Source: a virus. From it: a DNA stretch of 64,000 bases. Shown here one piece after another: positions 1-9,494 of the stretch. The translations under genes and the position numbers were made by a program. Numbering within the stretch: position 1 is the stretch's first letter; each line of letters begins with the position of its first letter. The stretch covers positions 104,129-168,128 of IMG/VR virus record IMGVR_UViG_3300047564_002155. One strand, given 5' to 3'. The notes beneath the pieces are model-generated. The model was not told the DNA's origin. It saw nothing but the letters and a program-made list of their open reading frames with translations, and made no database searches.

Positions 1-1737
1 TTGTATAAGATATCCTTACAACTTGATAATGGGTTGCGCAAGAATTACAATGATAGTGTATTAAAAGACACCTACAATGGTAAAACTAATAAGTCGGGTG
101 GTAATGCTCACGGATTATTAAAAGAAGATTCATTCAATACTTGGATGAGTAAACAGCCATTCATTGTTACAGGTATTCAAAATGGTAAGGGTAAAGAATT
201 CAATTATGGATTTGGTGGTTTATCATTTATTCGTGGCGGTGCTGTAACCTCAACCACAAGAGCTGCTCTTGATGTTGCAAGAATTTCACAATTCCTATTA
301 ACTCCTCGTGGTATTGTTTGGGGATTAAAGCAAGTTGGAATGCAGAGAAGTCAAAGGTGGGGTAAGGTTTGGACCCCAGCCAATTTATTGGCTACTATTG
401 GTGGACAACATATTGGATTTAGACCCGATAGACAAGGTGTGTATCCAAGTGATGATAGAGGTAGATATCAACCATATTTGACTGATATATATAATACTTT
501 CAAATTAACACCAAATCTTGCTGTTTTACCATTACGAGTTGACCTACGAGGTGGATTTGACTCCGTTTATGGTATTGGTGTAACTACATATAATAGGCAA
601 CATAATACATTTTCCGACCCAAATAGACTGGATAACGATGATAAGGCAAACTTTACACAAAAAATAAACCCATTTGATGTCAAGTTTCTTCCTACATTTG
701 ATTCATATGAAAGAAATTTATCAGAAAATGGTAATCTTGTATCTCAAACCGAAGAACAATCACCAATTCCAATTGATGTTAAAAACGAAACAAAAACAAA
801 TCTATTAAAGTCGGATGGATTTTATGGTACTCAACCGGATGTTGCTGATTATGAGTTTTTGTCGTATGGTAAGATTAAGAAAAGAGCTGAAGGTTTTGCA
901 ACAACATCACCTACCGATTTTAGAAGTTTGTATGATAAAGGAAACAAAAAAGCACTTTCACAAGACACCGATTATGTAAGCGAAAATATTCATTCCATCT
1001 ATCGTGTACCAAATCCATTGGCTGAAAAAAATCCAAAATATTTGAGTGGTAAAGATTCTACAAAGACATTTTCCGGTGATACTTCTATTGACCCATTAAA
1101 CAATACCATATTTAATCAAAGTGGTAGAGTAAATTCTGACCTTGTAACTCTATTCTTTGCATACGATAATAGAAGTGGAGCTCAAGATAGTTCAAAAATA
1201 CTTCAGTTCCGTTCAACCATTTCCGGTCTTACTGAAACCTATTCACCATCATATAATCCAATTAAATATCCAGGTCGTGCTGACCAAGGGTATATGTATG
1301 AGTCTTTTGAACGAACACTTACATTCAACTTTAAGGTTTATGCTAACTCACGAAGAGAAATGAAAAATATGTGGTTAAAAGTGCAAGAACTTGCAAAATT
1401 AACCCTACCTGATTATTCAGGTGGACCATACTCCGGACAATTGGTATTTTTCAGATTAGGTGACCTTTGGGGACAAGGTGCAAGTGGTATTCCTTCAATT
1501 ATTACCGCATTGACTTATACTTATAACGATGACCATCCGTGGGATGTAAACTATGATGGTCAATTAGGCGAACTTCCAATGGGATTGGATGTAAATATTA
1601 GTTTAACTTTACTTCCGGGAACTGCTGCTGGTGGTAGAAGATATGATGTAAATGGACTTGGATTATATTCATTTAGTAGTGAATTTGGTTCAACTCCATC
1701 ACAAGGTTTATCTAAATCTCTTACACCAATTACTTGA
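1..1737 (+). CDS. Baseplate / tail-tube-initiator-like structural protein (5'-truncated by window edge)
   Basis: ORF open from base 1. C-terminal 'LQFRSTISGLTETYSPSY..IKYPGRAD..YMYESFERTLTFNFKVYA...RLGDLW...IITALTYTY...PWD...LPM' resembles tube-like baseplate proteins of large myoviruses. Next gene is LysM/gp53-like. Confidence 0.6.
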   Translation: MYKISLQLDNGLRKNYNDSVLKDTYNGKTNKSGGNAHGLLKEDSFNTWMSKQPFIVTGIQNGKGKEFNYGFGGLSFIRGGAVTSTTRAALDVARISQFLLTPRGIVWGLKQVGMQRSQRWGKVWTPANLLATIGGQHIGFRPDRQGVYPSDDRGRYQPYLTDIYNTFKLTPNLAVLPLRVDLRGGFDSVYGIGVTTYNRQHNTFSDPNRLDNDDKANFTQKINPFDVKFLPTFDSYERNLSENGNLVSQTEEQSPIPIDVKNETKTNLLKSDGFYGTQPDVADYEFLSYGKIKKRAEGFATTSPTDFRSLYDKGNKKALSQDTDYVSENIHSIYRVPNPLAEKNPKYLSGKDSTKTFSGDTSIDPLNNTIFNQSGRVNSDLVTLFFAYDNRSGAQDSSKILQFRSTISGLTETYSPSYNPIKYPGRADQGYMYESFERTLTFNFKVYANSRREMKNMWLKVQELAKLTLPDYSGGPYSGQLVFFRLGDLWGQGASGIPSIITALTYTYNDDHPWDVNYDGQLGELPMGLDVNISLTLLPGTAAGGRRYDVNGLGLYSFSSEFGSTPSQGLSKSLTPIT

Positions 1738-1739
1738 TT

Positions 1740-2039
1740 ATGGAACGATATACTGACATAGAAATTAGAAAAACCTCAACAGGTAGAAGGTTTCGTAGGA
1801 CTGTTCAATATCCTGTGATTGAACCATCATTTGAGGATACATACATCATTGGTATGGAATCGGACCGATTGGATAATTTAGCTTGGAAATATTACAAAGA
1901 TACATCCCTTTGGTGGATTATTGCAAGAGCAAATGGAATTGGTAAGGGTGACTTATCAGTTCCAGTTGGTTCCCAAATTCGTATTCCTGCAAATCCTTTG
2001 GATATCGTAACTAAATTTAACGAACTAAATAGTATATAA
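1740..2039 (+). CDS. LysM-like baseplate wedge protein (T4 gp53-like)
   Basis: 'DRLDNLAWKYYKDTSLWWIIARANG...VPVGSQIRIP' is the typical LysM/gp53 motif. ATG at 1740. Confidence 0.8.
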   Translation: MERYTDIEIRKTSTGRRFRRTVQYPVIEPSFEDTYIIGMESDRLDNLAWKYYKDTSLWWIIARANGIGKGDLSVPVGSQIRIPANPLDIVTKFNELNSI

Positions 2040-2043
2040 AATT

Positions 2044-3816
2044 ATGGGAATTTTAACTCCTGGTGGTTTTGGAGCGGCCGGAACTCTGGCTGCAAGAGAA
2101 GGTTGGATTGCGGGTAATTCCGTTTCAGCTCGTGCTTTAGAGTGGTTACACCAACGAAGGGCATATGGTTCGGTTAGTTTTACAGGAGCTAATGATGGTT
2201 TTACTTGTAAAGCTAAAGCATATACTTTAACATTTGGAACGGGTGATGAAGCTGCTTTAAAAAGAGCCGGTAGATATGTTCCAAGACCACACTTAACTTC
2301 AATCACAACAAAAAACCAAGGTAGCGGTGATATTTCAGACATTGCTATGTGGGATATTTCATTTGAGTATGTAGTGTATTCAAGTGGTGACTTTAACGCA
2401 GCTACTGCTGCTTTTATGATTCCTGGCAACTTTGTAAATGTTAAATTTGGATGGACTAATGGGTTTGGTGAAGTTTCAATCAATGAAGCTGCCATTTATA
2501 ACTTCGGGTGGACTTATAATTTAGATGGGTCTTGGACTTGTAATGCAAGTGCTTTGGCTAAAACGGCCATTGCAGGCGGTTTTATTATCAAACCATCAGC
2601 ACAAGCACAAACTTCAAAAGACTCTGAAGGTGCTGAAACAAAGTATTACGGAGTAGGTGCAAAATTACAAGCAAAATGTGATGAAGCTTTGGGTTTGGGT
2701 AGAGATGAAAATGGTGCGGTGACGAATGATGGATTGGAAGAAGGTCAAGCACGAGCATCCGGTACTTATGGTGTAATTAAATTACAAAAAGAAGCTGGTG
2801 CTATGGATATGCTACTTTCGTTTGGTAGTGCAAACGAATTAGTTGTTTCATTTGTTCAACTAAAGTTATTGGTTTCTTTTTTAAACTCAACATCAATGGG
2901 TGATGCTGGAAAAATTGTATCAAACGAAGCAACCTTTTTAAACAATTATCTTTTAAAATCAGCCGACCCTGGAAAAATTCTAATGCCAGGTATTGGTGCT
3001 AATTATAAACAAACAGGTGGAACTGTAAATGATTTTAGTGCTATTGGTGGAACTTTTGGTAAAGTGGAAGATATTTGGATTTCAACAGGTTTAATAATTG
3101 AAGTTGAAAATAAATTATTAGAGCGTAAAAAAGAAGGTGAAGAGGCTTCTTATACAGTTCACCAATTTATGAGTCAAATATTAAAAGAGATAGAAACCGA
3201 AACGGGTTCCGTTGTGAACTGTTATTTACAATCAGACCCACAATCAAGTGGTATTAAAACCTACACCATAGTAAACCGACATAATGATATTGGTGGTGGA
3301 ACTGGAGTTGGATACACATTCAAAACCCTTACACCAAATTCTATTATAAAAGGAATTAGTATGTCATCAAACTTGGACGCTGAGATGTCTGCGATTGCAT
3401 ACACCGGCGGTGGTGGTAAGTATCCAAGTAATGCAATTAAGAATGTTTTTAATTGTACTCCAAAAAATCCAAATGGTGCTGCTGGTGCTTTAGACAATAC
3501 TAACCAAGCACTCAAAGAAAAAATTACGCAAATGGGTAATAACTATAACTCAAATGAAGTTTCTGATTTTAGAAAGGTTTTAAGAAAACACTTTATGAGT
3601 AAATTATTTCCATCTGCAAAAAGTATTCCATACGCAATTAACTTGAGCGTAACTTTTGATGGAGTAGATGGTATTCAGTTTTTTAACACATTTACGGTAG
3701 ATAATCTGCCAGGTGGTTTTGGTGATGTGTTTTTTGCAGTAGGTGAGATTGAGCATTCGGTTTCAAGTGGTAATTGGGACACGACTATTGTTGGTTATAT
3801 GATGATTAACACATAA
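2044..3816 (+). CDS. Probable baseplate hub / structural protein
   Basis: 590 aa, follows the gp53-like gene. C-terminal 'INLSVTFDGVDGIQFFNTFTVDNLP...FAVGEIEHSVSSGNWDTTI' resembles hub (gp27/GpD-like) C-termini. Confidence 0.5.
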   Translation: MGILTPGGFGAAGTLAAREGWIAGNSVSARALEWLHQRRAYGSVSFTGANDGFTCKAKAYTLTFGTGDEAALKRAGRYVPRPHLTSITTKNQGSGDISDIAMWDISFEYVVYSSGDFNAATAAFMIPGNFVNVKFGWTNGFGEVSINEAAIYNFGWTYNLDGSWTCNASALAKTAIAGGFIIKPSAQAQTSKDSEGAETKYYGVGAKLQAKCDEALGLGRDENGAVTNDGLEEGQARASGTYGVIKLQKEAGAMDMLLSFGSANELVVSFVQLKLLVSFLNSTSMGDAGKIVSNEATFLNNYLLKSADPGKILMPGIGANYKQTGGTVNDFSAIGGTFGKVEDIWISTGLIIEVENKLLERKKEGEEASYTVHQFMSQILKEIETETGSVVNCYLQSDPQSSGIKTYTIVNRHNDIGGGTGVGYTFKTLTPNSIIKGISMSSNLDAEMSAIAYTGGGGKYPSNAIKNVFNCTPKNPNGAAGALDNTNQALKEKITQMGNNYNSNEVSDFRKVLRKHFMSKLFPSAKSIPYAINLSVTFDGVDGIQFFNTFTVDNLPGGFGDVFFAVGEIEHSVSSGNWDTTIVGYMMINT

Positions 3817-3817
3817 G

Positions 3818-4387
3818 ATGAGTAGACAAAGAATATATTACCCAGAAGGAAAAATCCAAAAAGGATTATACACCATCGGAAAACAATGGATGACCGAAGA
3901 TGGTAAAGAGTATATTGGTGGGTATCATACCTACACCACCGGTGAAGTTTTTACTCAAGCATCTTATATCAAAGATGTATCAAAAAAACTCATACCATAC
4001 AAAGATGTAAGTCAACAATCAGTAAAAGAAGTATTTGATTATGACGCTTTGCCAAAAAAGTCAAATCTAGCAGAACACTTTTTTCCAACTTACTCAAAAG
4101 CAACTCCAATTGAAAGTGATTACCTAAAAGGATTTGTAAAACGATACTATGTTAGAAGTATGTTGAATGGTATCATTATGGAAACTTCTATAAGAGATTA
4201 TAGTAAAGTTAGACCGGAAGTATTTGAAAAAACAACAATCACTTGGAAAATAACAGGTCCAATTAATGACTCCGGCTCCGAGCCCGGAATTGAAGACACG
4301 AACCGAAGATTGGTAAATTTGGCTGAAAGAGAAGTCAAAGGGATAACAAACTACATAACAAACTTTACCGAGTTCAGAAAGATTTAA
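3818..4387 (+). CDS. Conserved hypothetical phage protein (baseplate-associated)
   Basis: 189 aa, translationally coupled to the upstream gene, codon usage like its neighbours. Confidence 0.6.
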   Translation: MSRQRIYYPEGKIQKGLYTIGKQWMTEDGKEYIGGYHTYTTGEVFTQASYIKDVSKKLIPYKDVSQQSVKEVFDYDALPKKSNLAEHFFPTYSKATPIESDYLKGFVKRYYVRSMLNGIIMETSIRDYSKVRPEVFEKTTITWKITGPINDSGSEPGIEDTNRRLVNLAEREVKGITNYITNFTEFRKI

Positions 4388-4407
4388 CAATTTGATAACA
4401 TTGAGGG

Positions 4408-4438
4408 CTTGTCAGTTCAAATAGTTTTCGTATCTTTG
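4408..4438 (+). promoter_or_regulatory. Bacteroidota sigmaA-type early promoter
   Basis: CTTG-N19-TATCTTTG upstream of ATG 4458. Confidence 0.7.
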
Positions 4439-4457
4439 TTAAGTAAGTGATAAACAA

Positions 4458-4739
4458 ATGAAAACTATGAATTACGCTGAACTGACCAAGATGTCTCTTG
4501 AAGACCTCCGTATGTTGAACAATCGTGTGGTTGAAGTCATCAAGATGAAACGCAAAGAATCTTCTTTGGAAAAGAAGTTTGAACTCCAAGTTGGAATGCA
4601 GGTAAAGGTCAACCACCCTAAACTGATGGGTATGAAGTTGGTAGTTAATGAAATTCGCCGAACCAAGGCGTCTCTTCGGGTGTTGGATGGTTTTGCTAGT
4701 TACAGCGTCCCCATCAATATGATTGAAGTTGTAAAATAA
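4458..4739 (+). CDS. Hypothetical early protein (SH3-like C-terminal half)
   Basis: 93 aa ORF directly behind the promoter. Confidence 0.65.
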   Translation: MKTMNYAELTKMSLEDLRMLNNRVVEVIKMKRKESSLEKKFELQVGMQVKVNHPKLMGMKLVVNEIRRTKASLRVLDGFASYSVPINMIEVVK

Positions 4740-4745
4740 TTAGAT

Positions 4746-4964
4746 ATGGCTATTGTAAATAAACCCAAAACACGAGGTATTGAGATTGACCTCACAGGTC
4801 CTCAAGGTAACGCATTCTTCCTTCTTGGAACCGCAAGTAATCTTGCTAAACAATTAGATTTGGATGGTAAAAAGATTGTAGAAGAAATGAAGAGTGGTAA
4901 CTACGAAAACCTCCTTCAAGTCTTTGACCGACACTTTGGTTCATTCGTAACCCTTTACCGATAA
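4746..4964 (+). CDS. Small conserved phage protein
   Basis: 72 aa with 'IDLTGPQGNAFFLLG...MKSGNYENLL', a motif common in phage small proteins. Confidence 0.7.
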   Translation: MAIVNKPKTRGIEIDLTGPQGNAFFLLGTASNLAKQLDLDGKKIVEEMKSGNYENLLQVFDRHFGSFVTLYR

Positions 4965-4965
4965 T

Positions 4966-5328
4966 ATGGAACTATCAGAACTTCAAGGTAAAATTGTTAA
5001 GGTGGTCGTGCCTGTTAAAGGTAAGTTGTTCTCAATGAATTTGAAAGTATGTCGTGTTAAAGCACGTTCAGTTCTATTCATTGAAGTAATTAAGCCAGAA
5101 CGAAAGAACATATTTCGTAAAGCATCTATGAAAATGTTAGATTCGTTTAATGAATCAACAATCACATTCAAAGATAGCACTTTGCTTGATAAATGGGAAT
5201 CTTCTTGGGATTCTATTGGTCAACTCACACCATCATACTCTCGCCAAGTTTTTAGTAAGCACTCAAGGGGGTGGGCGCCAAGACTACCATCAACAACAAA
5301 CTCATCTGCTGGGTTTCCAATGGTTTAA
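4966..5328 (+). CDS. Hypothetical protein
   Basis: 120 aa ORF filling the gap, coupled to the upstream stop. Confidence 0.55.
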   Translation: MELSELQGKIVKVVVPVKGKLFSMNLKVCRVKARSVLFIEVIKPERKNIFRKASMKMLDSFNESTITFKDSTLLDKWESSWDSIGQLTPSYSRQVFSKHSRGWAPRLPSTTNSSAGFPMV

Positions 5329-5360
5329 TTTGGTGATATCAAAATAATTTCGTATATTTG
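5329..5360 (+). promoter_or_regulatory. Bacteroidota sigmaA-type promoter
   Basis: TTTG-N20-TATATTTG, 4 nt before GTG 5365. Confidence 0.75.
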
Positions 5361-5364
5361 TAGT

Positions 5365-6588
5365 GTGAAAATAGTAGACACGCAGGAAGAATTACATAAA
5401 CATCTCTCTCAACTTTCCGAGAAGGTCGTGGTGTTCCCCATTCTATCAAGTTTGGAGAAACACCCACGGCTTTCTCGTATATCTGCTATTTTGATTTCTG
5501 ATGGTGAATTGGATTTGTTTGTAAACTACCACAATATAGAAGCGTCTACAATTTCAGAAAAGATTGACTTTAACCCATTCAAAGAGGTATGCGTAGTGGG
5601 TTTAAAAGACTTTCTACACCATTACGAGTTCTTACCTAATATGTACGACCTTGAGATGTCGTTATTCCATCAGGCGTCAAATTTTGAGGTAGATGAGAAA
5701 CCAATCTATACGGTATTTCGTAGGAGAAAAGCTCCAAGAGGAAACGACCTTATCCCCATTTGGAAACACTACGAACAATTTCAAGATTGGAAAAACTTGT
5801 GGTCTCAAAATGCGACCTCAAGTAAGTTTGCACAATTATATGTAAAAACATTAGTAAACCTGGAAAAATCAGGTCTTTATACGGATTCACATATAACGGA
5901 ATATACACAATACAACACATTGACCACAACTTCAAGACCATCCAATACATTTGGTGGGGTCAACTATGCGGCTCTACCAAAAGATGGTGATGTTCGTAAG
6001 AGGTTCATATCACGATTTGAGGGGGGTAAATTGTATCAACTTGACTTTGATGGATACCACCCACGACTGATTGGTAAACTGATTGGGGTAGACATTCCAT
6101 TGGATATAAAAGCACACCAATGGTTGGCTGACCAATATGGGGCAGATATCAAAGACGCAAAAGCTATTACCTTCCGGCAATTATATGGTGGGGTCCAAGA
6201 TGAATACAAACATATTCCGTTTTTTAGTAAAACCGCAGAGTATATTGAGACCCTATGGCGTCAGTTTTTGGTAGATAGGGTAGTTTATACACCAATATTC
6301 AAACGAAAGATAGTTTTTTCTGATGATTTAAACAAAAATAAACTATTTAACTACATTCTGCAGTCCGTTGAGACTGAAAGGAATATAATTATACTTGATA
6401 AATTGTCTAAACTAAAACCCCAGCACTCTTTACCAATACTTTACACATACGACTCAATTTTATTTGATATCCACAAAGATGATATAAATTATATTAGTGA
6501 AGTAAAATCCATAATGGAAAATGATGGATTCCCTGTTGGTGTTGAAGTAGGTGACAACTATAAAGAAATGGTTACAACACATATTTGA
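5365..6588 (+). CDS. polA: Compact family A DNA polymerase (no 5'-3' exonuclease domain)
   Basis: 'TTTSRPSN..GGVN', 'VRKRFISR', motif A 'LYQLDFDGYHPRL', motif B 'KAITFRQLYGG', motif C-like 'YTYDSILFD'. Confidence 0.8.
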   Translation: MKIVDTQEELHKHLSQLSEKVVVFPILSSLEKHPRLSRISAILISDGELDLFVNYHNIEASTISEKIDFNPFKEVCVVGLKDFLHHYEFLPNMYDLEMSLFHQASNFEVDEKPIYTVFRRRKAPRGNDLIPIWKHYEQFQDWKNLWSQNATSSKFAQLYVKTLVNLEKSGLYTDSHITEYTQYNTLTTTSRPSNTFGGVNYAALPKDGDVRKRFISRFEGGKLYQLDFDGYHPRLIGKLIGVDIPLDIKAHQWLADQYGADIKDAKAITFRQLYGGVQDEYKHIPFFSKTAEYIETLWRQFLVDRVVYTPIFKRKIVFSDDLNKNKLFNYILQSVETERNIIILDKLSKLKPQHSLPILYTYDSILFDIHKDDINYISEVKSIMENDGFPVGVEVGDNYKEMVTTHI

Positions 6589-6596
6589 TATTTATA
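6588..6596 (+). promoter_or_regulatory. Putative late-promoter motif ATATTTATA
   Basis: 3 nt before ATG 6600. The same motif recurs before 57992, 59112, 63864, with variants before 35514 and 49774. Confidence 0.55.
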
Positions 6597-6599
6597 CTT

Positions 6600-8225
6600 A
6601 TGAAGAAACTCATTGAACGTATTTCCAAAAAATGGTGGAATGAAGTCGGATACGAACTTTACAACAATCCTTTAAGCGAAAGGTCTGTTGCGGGATTGTA
6701 TTCAGTTCTATTAGAAGAGTTTGATGAGAAGAGAGCCAAAGAGTTAGTATTGGCTATTTTAGAGGGTGGAAGTCCAATCCCACCTAAAAAAGAAGAAGAC
6801 CCTACTGAAAAGGAACTTGACCAATACGATATGTTAACTCAAGCCGAAAAAGATGAGTTAAAGAAAAAAGAAAAAGACCTTGATGAGGATAGTTGGGTAA
6901 AGAATAAAAAGTCGGGTAATGTCTACACGGTTAAAAAACCAAATCCCGAAACCCACGTTACACCAAGTAAGGGTGAAATTGAAAAGGCCGAAAAAGAAAA
7001 GCAAGATAAGCCAGAAGGTGAAGTAAAACCATTCTCATCAGCTACCGCAAAATCGGAACAAGCTAAATTAGCTAAAATTGATGAACTATTGGCTGGTCAA
7101 GATGATAATACTTTACAAAGAGCTGAAGTTCTAAAACAAAATTGGGACCAATTTGTAAATGCAAAAACTCGTGAAGAACGAGTTCAAGCGGTTCGTGAAT
7201 TAGCTGACAATAACTTGATTGAAGGTCACGCTGGTGGTAAGAAAATCTATCTATCACCAAACTCAGCCCTACCATACAAACACCTAACAGGTGCAAGTGG
7301 AACTTCGGTTAGTGAAGAAATGAACAAAATTATCCAAGAAGAGGGTATTGATGTTCCTATGAGGGGTGGTGCAAAAGACCGAGCGTTGGCTGATATGAGT
7401 GGTAAACACAATGAAGCTGGGGTGGTTGCATATCTATTCCCTTCAGATGAAAATAAAAAGGCATATCAATCTACTCAAAACACATTGAAAGAATTGGGTG
7501 GTGATGAAGCCAAGTTTGACGCAATCAATAAAAAGGCAGCCGAGGTAATGAAATCATCTTTACCGGAGGGCTCACAAATTACAGGCGCTCAACAAGTCGG
7601 TGGTGTTGGTAAAAACGCATTGGCTCAATTAGGTATTGACCCTAAAGTTGACCCAACGGATTTGATTATTCAGTATAAAGATAAAGATGGAAACGACCAA
7701 ATTATGAAAGTTTCTGCAAAAACCTATACTGACCCCAAAAATATCACAATGAAGAATTCTGGTGTTAATAACGCAGGTGCTACTTATTTGGGTGATATTG
7801 GTAAAGACCTTGATGCAAAAGTTGGTGAGTTAAGAAAGAAATATGCTTGGAACGATTCTATGTCTGACCAAGAAAAAGCTGACCAAAAGAAAAATTTAAA
7901 GCAAGCATACCTTGGTGAGTTTTCTTCTAAAATGGAAGAATTGTCTAAAACCAGAGAAGGTCAACAAAAATTGACTGATATGTGGAAAGATGTTCACGGG
8001 TGTGGTAAAAATGTTCACACCCAAGTAATCAACAAAAAAACAGGTGATGTTCAAATGAAGTCGCCCGACCATTATTGTAATCCAACTCCACCATTTGGAG
8101 TAAAATTTGATGGTGTTAAACTTGTAATCAATATGGGTGGTAAAGATGACTCATTCCTACAAGTAGATATGAAGACCGAGGATAAGGGCTCGCCCAAGAT
8201 ACTATTTAGACATAGAACAAAATAA
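6600..8225 (+). CDS. Large hypothetical protein with possible C-terminal PD-(D/E)xK-like nuclease fold
   Basis: Charged N-terminal part, then 'HNEAGVV...PTDLIIQ...KVSAK' (E...D...xSxK pattern). ATG at 6600 follows the late motif. Confidence 0.5.
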   Translation: MKKLIERISKKWWNEVGYELYNNPLSERSVAGLYSVLLEEFDEKRAKELVLAILEGGSPIPPKKEEDPTEKELDQYDMLTQAEKDELKKKEKDLDEDSWVKNKKSGNVYTVKKPNPETHVTPSKGEIEKAEKEKQDKPEGEVKPFSSATAKSEQAKLAKIDELLAGQDDNTLQRAEVLKQNWDQFVNAKTREERVQAVRELADNNLIEGHAGGKKIYLSPNSALPYKHLTGASGTSVSEEMNKIIQEEGIDVPMRGGAKDRALADMSGKHNEAGVVAYLFPSDENKKAYQSTQNTLKELGGDEAKFDAINKKAAEVMKSSLPEGSQITGAQQVGGVGKNALAQLGIDPKVDPTDLIIQYKDKDGNDQIMKVSAKTYTDPKNITMKNSGVNNAGATYLGDIGKDLDAKVGELRKKYAWNDSMSDQEKADQKKNLKQAYLGEFSSKMEELSKTREGQQKLTDMWKDVHGCGKNVHTQVINKKTGDVQMKSPDHYCNPTPPFGVKFDGVKLVINMGGKDDSFLQVDMKTEDKGSPKILFRHRTK

Positions 8226-8239
8226 TTACGGAGAGATGA

Positions 8240-8629
8240 GTGAGAACCCAATTGTTATGTACCTTCACAAACGAAGAATCATTTGAAAATATTGTAGACA
8301 CTATTCTGAAAACCTATGAGTTATTCAGCAGAAAAATCTTTATCCTAAAATTAGAACCATCAAAAGAATTGGTAATTAGCTACAATATTATTCCAGCAAC
8401 CGAAAACTCGTTCTTACCAAATACTATAATGGTTCACCGAAAAAAAGAGTCAAATACAATGTATACCATCAATGCGTTAAATAGACTAATTTCAGACCTA
8501 AACAAAGGTGTGGTAGATAAGTCTTTTCAAGTTGATTGGGATATTTATAGAAACAGTGTGATACTCACCAATGGTGATTCATACAAGGTTTTGAAAACAA
8601 GTTTGTTTCGCATCGTAGATGTAAAATAA
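8240..8629 (+). CDS. Conserved hypothetical protein upstream of SSB
   Basis: 129 aa, GTG start, 'TQLLCTF...HRKKESNTMYTINALN'. Confidence 0.65.
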   Translation: MRTQLLCTFTNEESFENIVDTILKTYELFSRKIFILKLEPSKELVISYNIIPATENSFLPNTIMVHRKKESNTMYTINALNRLISDLNKGVVDKSFQVDWDIYRNSVILTNGDSYKVLKTSLFRIVDVK

Positions 8630-8652
8630 AAAATAAAAAATATTGGAATACA

Positions 8653-8684
8653 TTTGGAATTGTCAGCCAAATGTTGTATATTAG
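8653..8684 (+). promoter_or_regulatory. Bacteroidota sigmaA-type promoter
   Basis: TTTG-N20-TATATTAG upstream of the SSB gene. Confidence 0.65.
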
Positions 8685-8723
8685 TGACAAGTTAATGTTT
8701 AACAATTAAAAAATGGTACAATT

Positions 8724-9491
8724 ATGGCTATTGATTTAAACGCAATCCGCAACCGTCTGAATTCTCTTCAGACAAAAGTCCAAAAAACGGACAACCTTTG
8801 GAAGCCGACTCCCGGCAAACAACAAGTACGAATCCTTCCGTACATCCACAACCCCAATAACCCTTTTATTGAACTTTACTTCCACTTTGATTTGGGTGGT
8901 AAGAATGTCATCTCTCCGATGTCGTTTGGTGAGGCTGACCCTATTGTAGAGTTTGCTGAAAAGTTGAAGGCAACTGGCAATCGTGAGGATTGGAACCTTG
9001 CAAAACAACTCACCCCCAAGATGCGAACTTATGTTCCGGTATTGGTTCGTGGTGAAGAGTCTGAAGGTGTTAAGTTTTGGGGATTTGGTAAGCAAGTTTA
9101 CCAAGAACTTCTTGGTTTCTTCGCTGACCCTGACTATGGTGATTTGACCGACCCTGTGAATGGTCGTGATGTTACGGTAGATTTCAAAACCGCAGCTGAA
9201 GTTGGTAAGTCTTACCCTGAAACTTCAATCCGTGTTAAACCAAACACAACCCCTATTTCGGAAGATAAGAACATCTTGGAATTGGCAAAAGACCAAATTG
9301 ATTTGTCAACTATGTTCAAGCGTGTATCTTACGATGAAATGGAGTCTATGCTCCAACAATGGTTGGAAACTGGTAAAGTAGAAGATGGTCAAGCTGAAAC
9401 TGCTGATGTTTCACAACCATCAACTCCGGCTCAAACAACCTCTAAAGCTTCTAATGTTAAAGAAGCGTTTGATGACCTTTTCAACGACTAA
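8724..9491 (+). CDS. Single-stranded DNA-binding protein (T4 gp32-like)
   Basis: 'LWKPTPGKQQVRILP...PFIELYFH...GVKFWGFGKQVY...DLTDPVNGRD' plus an acidic tail 'AFDDLFND'. Confidence 0.85.
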   Translation: MAIDLNAIRNRLNSLQTKVQKTDNLWKPTPGKQQVRILPYIHNPNNPFIELYFHFDLGGKNVISPMSFGEADPIVEFAEKLKATGNREDWNLAKQLTPKMRTYVPVLVRGEESEGVKFWGFGKQVYQELLGFFADPDYGDLTDPVNGRDVTVDFKTAAEVGKSYPETSIRVKPNTTPISEDKNILELAKDQIDLSTMFKRVSYDEMESMLQQWLETGKVEDGQAETADVSQPSTPAQTTSKASNVKEAFDDLFND

Positions 9492-9494
9492 TTT

